Assembly: GCA_037142615.1 (NCBI GenBank)
Contig: JBAXAI010000007.1
Coordinates: forward strand, 64,001-128,000
Reading direction: 5' to 3'
Length of the DNA stretch: 64,000 nucleotides
From: Spirochaetales bacterium
GTDB lineage: Bacteria > Spirochaetota > Spirochaetia > JABEVK01
Position 1 is the stretch's first letter, and the number at the start of each line of letters is the position of its first letter. The translations under genes and the position numbers were made by a program. The notes beneath the pieces are model-generated. The model did not search any database. It was not told where the DNA came from and saw nothing but the letters and a program-made list of their open reading frames with translations. Below, piece by piece: positions 1-6,942 of the stretch.

Positions 1-1155
1 AGCGCGCGTGCAATGCTCGAGGAACAAGGTGATGCGGTCCTGCCGTAGACGAGCAAGAAGATCCAAATCTTGCATCGCCCTGGGCTTGACCGGGAGGGGG
101 TTCGACATCGCCCATGCAAAGTGATCATCAAGAAGGTTCGAAAAGAACGTGTCAAGGTTTTCGGGTGTCGTCAGTGTCTTCTCGAGGCCCCAAATGCGTT
201 GGTCGCGTGGAATTGGTCTCCCGAAGGGCAGCAAGAAGAGTCGGTTCTGCAGGCTGCCGGCAGTAGTCTGGACCTGAATGATTTCGTTCGAGTCGATCAT
301 CAACATGGCACGCACCTTGAACTGATCTTGGGCGGTCGAGTTGTACGAGTTGGGAAACAAGTCTCCCCCCGTGAGGCGCTTTAGAGAAGGCACCTCTGGT
401 CGAAACGAGGGGTCGGTTTCGTCGATGATGAACAGAAGGAAGTCCTTGTGTACCCAGAAGAACTTGATGAGGCGATCAACGTTTTCGCGGTGGAAAAGCT
501 GAGGTGCAATCTTCACAGCGTACTTGCCAAACAGAGCGAAGAGCACCGACATCGCCGTCGACTTACCGGTATTGAACCTGAAGTTGAGCAGCGTGAGAAT
601 GGCTTTGACGGAAATCCTTCCCGTCAGGGCATGGCAAATGATGAATACGAGAAACTTCAGTCCATCGGGATCGGCAATCATTTCCCTCAAGTACGCCATG
701 ATGGCATCGTTTGCCATCCTTTGGGCCTTCACAATGTAGTGTGCGCCAAACTTCATAGTGATCGTTTGGTCGAAGTAGTTAGCTGCCGGGTGAGTAAACG
801 CCTCGATCTTGGCACCGGCTCCAGCCGCCAAGAACTCATCGAGGTCGATGACAGTTCCGTCTGACTGCAAGATTTTCGCCTGGGTTCCGTCGTTGATTTC
901 ATCAACCACGAGATCGCCGAACTCATCGTCGATGTCGGCCGATCGTATTCTGCCAGCGAGTTCTGGATTTTCAACCTCCAAGATTGCCTTGGCGGCCTTC
1001 CGCCAGGCCGGTTGCGAAATAGCTTCCCAGTACTCGCCATTCCATTCATACGGCTGTAATTTGACTTTGCCGAGAGCGAAGAGTCGGTACTTGTCTCGGC
1101 CTTCCACTTCAAATGTCTTTTCTTCGTCGGTCCGGCCACTTTGATCGCGGTTCAT
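1..1155 (-). CDS. D5/P4-family SF3 helicase (3'-partial, runs off the window; absent from ORF track)
   Basis: Hand translation from ATG 1155 (AAGGAG RBS at 1161-1166) is open to base 1: MNRDQSGRTDEE...YEWNGEYWE (D5_N-like)...LNFRFNTGKST (Walker A-like)...LFIIDET (Walker B)...LKRLTGGD...MIDSNE (motif C). Confidence 0.8.
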   Translation of the reverse strand, partial: MNRDQSGRTDEEKTFEVEGRDKYRLFALGKVKLQPYEWNGEYWEAISQPAWRKAAKAILEVENPELAGRIRSADIDDEFGDLVVDEINDGTQAKILQSDGTVIDLDEFLAAGAGAKIEAFTHPAANYFDQTITMKFGAHYIVKAQRMANDAIMAYLREMIADPDGLKFLVFIICHALTGRISVKAILTLLNFRFNTGKSTAMSVLFALFGKYAVKIAPQLFHRENVDRLIKFFWVHKDFLLFIIDETDPSFRPEVPSLKRLTGGDLFPNSYNSTAQDQFKVRAMLMIDSNEIIQVQTTAGSLQNRLFLLPFGRPIPRDQRIWGLEKTLTTPENLDTFFSNLLDDHFAWAMSNPLPVKPRAMQDLDLLARLRQDRITLFLEHCTRA

Positions 1156-1207
1156 TCTGTCTCCTTTGATCGCTAAGGATCGCCAGGAGTCTCCTGCCGC
1201 GCTAGGA

Positions 1208-1226
1208 GGGTAAAGTTTACCCCCAA
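1208..1226. repeat. 19-bp palindromic site GGGTAAAGTTTACCCCCAA, copy 1
   Basis: Identical to 20668-20686; core GGGTAAA-G-TTTACCC is a perfect palindrome. Confidence 0.85.
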
Positions 1227-2291
1227 CTACTTATCCGGAAGGTCACAGACATTTCTCACAAGCCACGTCGAAAGATTCTTGCCTGGAAGGCTATACGTAT
1301 GCTTCGGGTCAGATTTGCTGGCAACCCTAATTGCAGTTTCGTGGCCCTTCTCCTCGGGATTGAGTCGGCGTTTCTGGTTCTGGATGACAAAGTGAACCAT
1401 GACGTCTTGCTTGTCCGTGGTCACGATTTTCGGTTGGCCCGCACTCTCGATACGTCTTGTTGAGGTAAGAAAGCCAACGAGAGCAACGGCCTCCACCACA
1501 CCTTCTTGCCATTTGATCGGAGCCAATTCCTTCCGAAATGCATGTGTTGGCCTGAACTCCAACCGTCCGTTCAAGTCATTCAAGTGCAGTTCACAGCCGT
1601 CGCAGAACATGTGGTCAAGCACGGACTGGACAGAACCTTTCACCATGTTATTGTCGACGAGAAACCGGGCGAGAGGAAGGATCTTGTCCTTGTACTTCGG
1701 GTTCCATTCGATTCTTGTCAACGAGCGAACATCGTTCCCGACGAGCTCGTCGAAACTGAACTCGTCAAGTTCGAATCCGTTGGCCGCAAGGTCGATTTTG
1801 GGAATCGGCATTCCGAGTTCTACCATCAAGGCAACAACTCTGAAAATCTCCGCATCGAGGTGCCGTTTGATGCCAAGCTTCACTTTCTTGGCGGCTTCAC
1901 CCAGGGAAGATTCTCTGCAAGTCACGGGAGCCCCATTGAGGTCGATGTAGCGGTACAGCTTTTCCAGATACTTGACTTCGATACTGTTGTTGCCAACGAT
2001 GGTGATTTGATTTTCAGGTATTGCGGAGAACCGTGATCGCAAAGTTTCGAGCTCGTCTTCGTCTTGGTAGTTGTGTGTTTCTATTCCCACTTCGACCATA
2101 GCTTCTCCGTCCGCGTTCAAGGCAGGTTCCACTCGCACAATCAAACGATTATCACTCGTGGCGACTCCCTCACTTAATCCATTGAGAAACTTCCAGTAGT
2201 CAATGATTTCCCGAGGTTCTGACTGTGTACCAACTGAGCGTCGAAATGCGGCCTTTGAGAGCGCCACGATGTACGAATCTTCCGCTGGCAT
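1227..2291 (-). CDS. Hypothetical protein (~354 aa)
   Basis: Long ORF; likely start MPAEDSY at 2291 after GGGGGTG. No family recognised. Confidence 0.7.
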   Translation of the reverse strand: MPAEDSYIVALSKAAFRRSVGTQSEPREIIDYWKFLNGLSEGVATSDNRLIVRVEPALNADGEAMVEVGIETHNYQDEDELETLRSRFSAIPENQITIVGNNSIEVKYLEKLYRYIDLNGAPVTCRESSLGEAAKKVKLGIKRHLDAEIFRVVALMVELGMPIPKIDLAANGFELDEFSFDELVGNDVRSLTRIEWNPKYKDKILPLARFLVDNNMVKGSVQSVLDHMFCDGCELHLNDLNGRLEFRPTHAFRKELAPIKWQEGVVEAVALVGFLTSTRRIESAGQPKIVTTDKQDVMVHFVIQNQKRRLNPEEKGHETAIRVASKSDPKHTYSLPGKNLSTWLVRNVCDLPDK

Positions 2292-2445
2292 TGCTACACC
2301 CCCATCGGCAAGGCAAGATTGAGGCTCAGAGCCCAAAGTTTGTGGTCTCCTCGCCGCCTTCGCTGATCTCGCCGCCTTGTCCCTCAAGGGCCAGGGCGGC
2401 TCCAAGTCCACAAACTGTGGCCTCTTCGCCAGGACACTAACCTGG

Positions 2446-4500
2446 TCACAACAAGTCTGCCAAGAACTCCGAACCGCTTCCCCCGCTGGTTACCAGCAAC
2501 GTGTCTCGGGCCCGCGTACAGGCCACATACAGCAAGTTTCGCTCGGTATTGAAGATTTCCTCGAGCTCGGAGGCATCGCCAGCCGAGTTGATCCGCTCAT
2601 CGGAAGGAATGATCCCTTCATCACACGCCATGACGGCAACGCCGCGGAACTCCAGGCCTTTGGCAAGGTGCATGGTGACGATGGAAAGCTTCCCTGGAGT
2701 GGCTGCGACATGCTCATCGAGGACGACAAAGTTCAGTCCTGCATCGGCGGCGACTTCGTGGGCTCTGGGAAACTCATTGGTCGAGCGGACAATGAGGGCC
2801 AGCTCGTGAGGCTTGTAGCCTTGATGAAGAAGCTCGCCAAGCCAATTAACCACGGTCGAGCGTTCCTCTTGGCTAGAGGAACACTCCTTGACGGTTGGTA
2901 AAGGCCCGTTGAACACCGAGATAGTTCGGGTGCGATCCTCGACGTTTCCGTCGACATCACTGACTGCCTTGCCCAGTAGTCTGTCGGCTTGGCGTCGGAT
3001 TTGGTGGGAAGTTCGGTAGTTGACGCGCAGTGTCCTGCTGCGTCCCCTGAGATCGATCCCTGCCGACTTCCAGCTGAACGGCGTCCTGAAGATGCGTTGA
3101 GCAGTGTCTCCTGCAAAGAAAAGTCGATTCGGAACCGTGGCGCCAAATGCAGCCAGGAAACGGAGCTGCGGGAGACTGATGTCTTGGGCCTCATCGACGA
3201 CCACGAACTCGAATGGCGGACGTTTTCGATTGCCAATCTCTCGCACGAGGTGATTGAACAGGCCTGACTCAGTCACCTGGTGCTTGTTGCTCAGCTCCGT
3301 CCGAACGGCCTCGAAAATCGTCCAAAGGACCTTCCGCTGTGCCTCCGGCAATCTGGTCTTGCGTCCCAGTCTTGCGACATCGCGGTAGGCTTCCCACGAA
3401 ATTAGGTCTGAAGCTTCGACAACATCAGTCCATTCGGACACCAGAAAGGCAAGACCAAAGGTATGGCCCTGGACAGAATGCGATGCCCTTTCCATCAACT
3501 CGGTTAACGCATCATCGCCCAGAAGCTCAAGTGCATCGGCTGATTTGTCCACGAATCGAAGCGCAAATGATGTCATGGAGTGGACCGCAATCCGCTCCGA
3601 CAGCCGAGGCTCGGTTGAAATGAGGCGATTCAGTTTGTCTTTCAGTGAGTGGGCCAGGGCCTCCGTAAAGGTCGCCAAGAGGACGCGGGCTTCCGGGTGA
3701 ACCCTTGCCAAATGAACAGCCCGGTGAAGAGCAACGATCGTCTTGCCTGTTCCGGAACTTCCTGAGACTCGGAATGGTCCCGTCTGGTTCGCTTCAACGA
3801 GATCCCGTTGATCCGGGTGGAGAAACGTAATCCACTTCTCCCAGGGGGCATCGAGAGCCATCTGGAGGGCCTCAGAGTTGGCGAGGACTTGGAACCGACG
3901 TTGTGCGTCGGGATGCTCAAATGGATCGGTTGAGTCGGCCGGTTTGGCGGCGGGCCATCCACCGACGGCGACTTCGAGAAGTGCCTCGGACGCTTCAGCC
4001 GGCAAGTGATCGGTCAGCTGAAGAATCGAGTCCTCAGTGGCGTTCCGAACGTCACCCAGCCAGTCTTCGGGAACACCCCACGATAGCAAATCAGCATCCG
4101 TGCACCTCTGGAAGAGCCTTTGCTTGGGTGATTGCTCTTCCACGTACTTTGGGATGACGATCTCTTGAACTGTTTCCCGAACTTCGACCAGCTGCGCAGC
4201 TCGAGTCTGAGGATGGACTTCCAGCTTCCGCCTCTCGGCCCATTCATAGGCTTTGTCATGGTGGTCGACGTAACAGAGCATCAGACTTTGCTCCGTCCGG
4301 TGGACGATGATCCTCAGATCACTCGAAACACGCACTGACCAAAACGCTTTGTCTCGGGCACGTTCCAGCTTGTGGAACTGATGGCCCGGGTTGGCAGGAT
4401 TCACCTGGAGATCGAAGGCGGTGGTCTTCGACACCTTTTGTTCATCGGAGGTGAGCTTGGCGAGGCTGTCGGTGAAGGTAGAGGACAGGAGAAATGTCAG
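2446..4500 (-). CDS. UvrD/Rep-type SF1 helicase with N-terminal RelE/ParE-like domain
   Basis: Motifs GSSGTGKT, VVVDEAQD, GDTAQRIF, NYRTS, TMHLAKGLEF, YVACTRAR. N-terminal FHKLERARDKAFWSVRVSSDLRIIVH is RelE-like. The frame stays open upstream of the ORF-track GTG (4434) to a CTG at 4500 preceded by GGAG. Confidence 0.88.
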   Translation of the reverse strand: MTFLLSSTFTDSLAKLTSDEQKVSKTTAFDLQVNPANPGHQFHKLERARDKAFWSVRVSSDLRIIVHRTEQSLMLCYVDHHDKAYEWAERRKLEVHPQTRAAQLVEVRETVQEIVIPKYVEEQSPKQRLFQRCTDADLLSWGVPEDWLGDVRNATEDSILQLTDHLPAEASEALLEVAVGGWPAAKPADSTDPFEHPDAQRRFQVLANSEALQMALDAPWEKWITFLHPDQRDLVEANQTGPFRVSGSSGTGKTIVALHRAVHLARVHPEARVLLATFTEALAHSLKDKLNRLISTEPRLSERIAVHSMTSFALRFVDKSADALELLGDDALTELMERASHSVQGHTFGLAFLVSEWTDVVEASDLISWEAYRDVARLGRKTRLPEAQRKVLWTIFEAVRTELSNKHQVTESGLFNHLVREIGNRKRPPFEFVVVDEAQDISLPQLRFLAAFGATVPNRLFFAGDTAQRIFRTPFSWKSAGIDLRGRSRTLRVNYRTSHQIRRQADRLLGKAVSDVDGNVEDRTRTISVFNGPLPTVKECSSSQEERSTVVNWLGELLHQGYKPHELALIVRSTNEFPRAHEVAADAGLNFVVLDEHVAATPGKLSIVTMHLAKGLEFRGVAVMACDEGIIPSDERINSAGDASELEEIFNTERNLLYVACTRARDTLLVTSGGSGSEFLADLL

Positions 4501-5642
4501 GACGCATCTCCATTGCTTTCCAGCAAGTCCGAGACTTTCGACGCCGTCGGCGACAGCTGAACTTCAAGTCCATTGGAATCTAGCCCAACAATTCGTCCAG
4601 AGACTTCGACGCTTCCCACACGAATCTGCGAAACCGTGAACTCGGCTCCCATTTCCTTGAGCGTTCTCGCGACACTTGGGTTGAGTCTGGAGGCCTTCTT
4701 TGGTGCCACATAGCTAGTAATGTAGGCATGGGGTGTGAGTGATGATATTCGAAGCAGGTCCTCTTTTGTGGGAATCATCCTTCGCCCGCGGACGAATGGG
4801 GTCAACACGCAAAGCGGTCCTTCCTTGAGTGCCTCACTCCAGATTCGTGAATTGTGCCCGGTCACAGAGCCATGGTGCGAAACCTTAAAAATATCCGACA
4901 TCGGTAGCGATACGTCACGCGAATCAAGTACGCTCAGCCAACCCTCTTCGGGATCGGCCGAGTTTTCCAAATCGGCCCCGAGAAGGACGCTGAAATCATC
5001 GATTGAAAGTACAAGTCCGATCGATGCCAGGTTCTTGCCCCTGGAAGCAATAGGGACCACTTTCGAACCCGGCGTCGGCATATGTCCTAGAAGATTTTCC
5101 ACCTCACGCTGGATTGACTTGTCCGATGGCGAGAGCGCCAGGAGTTGGACTTTGCAAGACCGGCCTTCGATTTCGATCATCCGCGAGAACAGCACCTTGT
5201 TTTGCATCGCCAACACCGGGCGGGGCCCCCTACGAGTGCGTAGTGTGTCCAGTATGCTCGAAAGCTCAAATAGCCCACTCCGCGAGATTCTCCCGGATGT
5301 CCGATAGATTGCCAATAACTGCTCAATACTCTTGTCAGTCAATAGCGTCGAACTCACAAATCTCGCCGAAGTACCTCGGCTAACCAACTGCGAGATTCCA
5401 CGAATATGGTCGTCATGCCAGTGCGTCGCAATGACGTACTCAAGGGATTTTCCGATGTCTACCCCGAGTTCTTCTAGAAACCCAAGCGCTGGGACGGTAT
5501 TGGTCCTGCTGTCAATGCAGGAGTCGACGGTGAACCAGAAGTCATCGCCCACTCCGACGACAATGCTCTCTCCGACTCCAGGACCAAATACCTTGATCCT
5601 GAGCATTTTGGCTTCCTGTTCAGGCATATCCGCTAATCCCAC
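4497..5642 (-). CDS. Metallo-beta-lactamase-fold hydrolase, ComEC/Rec2-like (putative nuclease)
   Basis: VGESIVV, VDSC, THWHDDHIRG (HxHxDH), LLGADLE, KVSHHGS; no TM segments. Confidence 0.85.
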   Translation of the reverse strand: MGLADMPEQEAKMLRIKVFGPGVGESIVVGVGDDFWFTVDSCIDSRTNTVPALGFLEELGVDIGKSLEYVIATHWHDDHIRGISQLVSRGTSARFVSSTLLTDKSIEQLLAIYRTSGRISRSGLFELSSILDTLRTRRGPRPVLAMQNKVLFSRMIEIEGRSCKVQLLALSPSDKSIQREVENLLGHMPTPGSKVVPIASRGKNLASIGLVLSIDDFSVLLGADLENSADPEEGWLSVLDSRDVSLPMSDIFKVSHHGSVTGHNSRIWSEALKEGPLCVLTPFVRGRRMIPTKEDLLRISSLTPHAYITSYVAPKKASRLNPSVARTLKEMGAEFTVSQIRVGSVEVSGRIVGLDSNGLEVQLSPTASKVSDLLESNGDAS

Positions 5643-6232
5643 TCCAGAGAAGTGAATAGTGTTGCTTCTGCCTTTTTGGCTTTTCGGAAATCACTCTTGG
5701 TCCACCGGGACATCCTCCGGAAACGAATCTCCGAAACACGAAAGGTCTGCCCATCGAGTTGCGTACGCATCCCGATGCTCCAGTAGAACACTGCTCCGAC
5801 TTCAAAAAGATTTTGATCATCGGCTGCGATTTCGGCTCGCGGGATTTCTGTCGTGTACTCAGGACGAACTTCCATGAGATCCCGAGCAACTGCAACGAAA
5901 CTGTCTTCTGAGATTTCAACAACACGGCATTCCCACCTTCCAAGGCACTTGAAGGTACTTAGGACAACCCTTCCGGTGGCGGGAATCACGAAACGACTCA
6001 GTTTCTGTTCAGTATTCAGCTGCACCGGAGCCAGAGTGCTGTTCTTCTGAACATCCCTTGGCTCGACACTAAGGTCCAATGGATTTTCGATGTTTGTCAG
6101 CTTCTTCTTGAACTCATTGAAATACTGCAGAACTGGGTGGACTTCAGACTGCTGAGGTTCGCGCCTGGAACCACTCCTTGGGCTTGAAAAGTCTAGCAGG
6201 GCCTCATATGTCACATCACTCATAAATTGCAT
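5633..6232 (-). CDS. Hypothetical protein with low-complexity N-half and compact beta-rich C-domain (candidate antitoxin/adaptor)
   Basis: Overlaps both neighbours; C-terminal WECRVVEISEDSFVAVARDL...GAVFYWSIG...SEIRFRR..WT. Confidence 0.7.
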   Translation of the reverse strand: MQFMSDVTYEALLDFSSPRSGSRREPQQSEVHPVLQYFNEFKKKLTNIENPLDLSVEPRDVQKNSTLAPVQLNTEQKLSRFVIPATGRVVLSTFKCLGRWECRVVEISEDSFVAVARDLMEVRPEYTTEIPRAEIAADDQNLFEVGAVFYWSIGMRTQLDGQTFRVSEIRFRRMSRWTKSDFRKAKKAEATLFTSLEWD

Positions 6233-6878
6233 CCATCAGGCTCTTGCAGATCGATGCCGCCTTCTTCTGTGACTTCTCCCAACCATTTTCCAGCAAGGAG
6301 ACCAAATGCTCACCATTATAGCTGCCGCTAGGGGTCTTGGCGAACTCAAAGTGATCATTGATGAACACGTAGAGACCGTTCTCGATACGCACCGAAGGTT
6401 CAAGGCGAACCGAGATCTTTCCTGTGATTTCGAAACTGTCTCGGAGCACCTCAAAAGAAATATTCGTGAGCACGCGATCCGACAGTCCTTCCGGGAAGTT
6501 CTTCGAAGGCGCGTATTTCTCGGCAATTGAGTTCCATGTTGTTCCCTTGCGAAGTCGAAAATGGTACTCGGTATTCAGCCCTGCGAACTGTATCGGGGTC
6601 GAAATATGCGTCTCAAAAGTTGCACGGACGAGATCACGAAGAACCTCAAAAGAGGACTCATGCGCTGTGGACGCCGTAAACCTCTCCCTCGAAACAAAAA
6701 TCGAGAGCCAGTCAGTATTGAACTTCACAAAGTCGTTGTTGATGAACTCGACACTTGCAGCAGTGGCTTCGGATTGCCGCAATATTTCCTCGCCGGCAAA
6801 CCATAAAGGTTGATACACAATAGGATTAAATTGACCCACTACGACAATCGAATGACTAGTCAATTCAGGCGAAACCAT
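6216..6878 (-). CDS. TIGR04255-like protein (putative chaperone/sensor)
   Basis: SIVVVGQFNPIVYQPLWF, TPIQFAGLNTEYHF and C-terminal FINDHFE pattern recalled for TIGR04255-related proteins; GAGAGG RBS. Confidence 0.55.
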   Translation of the reverse strand: MVSPELTSHSIVVVGQFNPIVYQPLWFAGEEILRQSEATAASVEFINNDFVKFNTDWLSIFVSRERFTASTAHESSFEVLRDLVRATFETHISTPIQFAGLNTEYHFRLRKGTTWNSIAEKYAPSKNFPEGLSDRVLTNISFEVLRDSFEITGKISVRLEPSVRIENGLYVFINDHFEFAKTPSGSYNGEHLVSLLENGWEKSQKKAASICKSLMDAIYE

Positions 6879-6890
6879 AATATTCCTCTC

Positions 6891-6917
6891 TTGAGCATAC
6901 TCAAACTACAAGTATGC
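6891..6917. promoter_or_regulatory. Overlapping inverted repeats upstream of the three-gene cassette
   Basis: TTGAG-CATA-CTCAA (6891-6904) and GCATACT-N9-AGTATGC (6895-6917). Confidence 0.4.
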
Positions 6918-6942
6918 GGTAGTAAGCTGAACCGGACAAGTC

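Noticed and set aside
70-1144. Short ORFs listed in the track for the first 1.1 kb
   Set aside because: Explained by the real minus-strand helicase ORF 1155 to <1.
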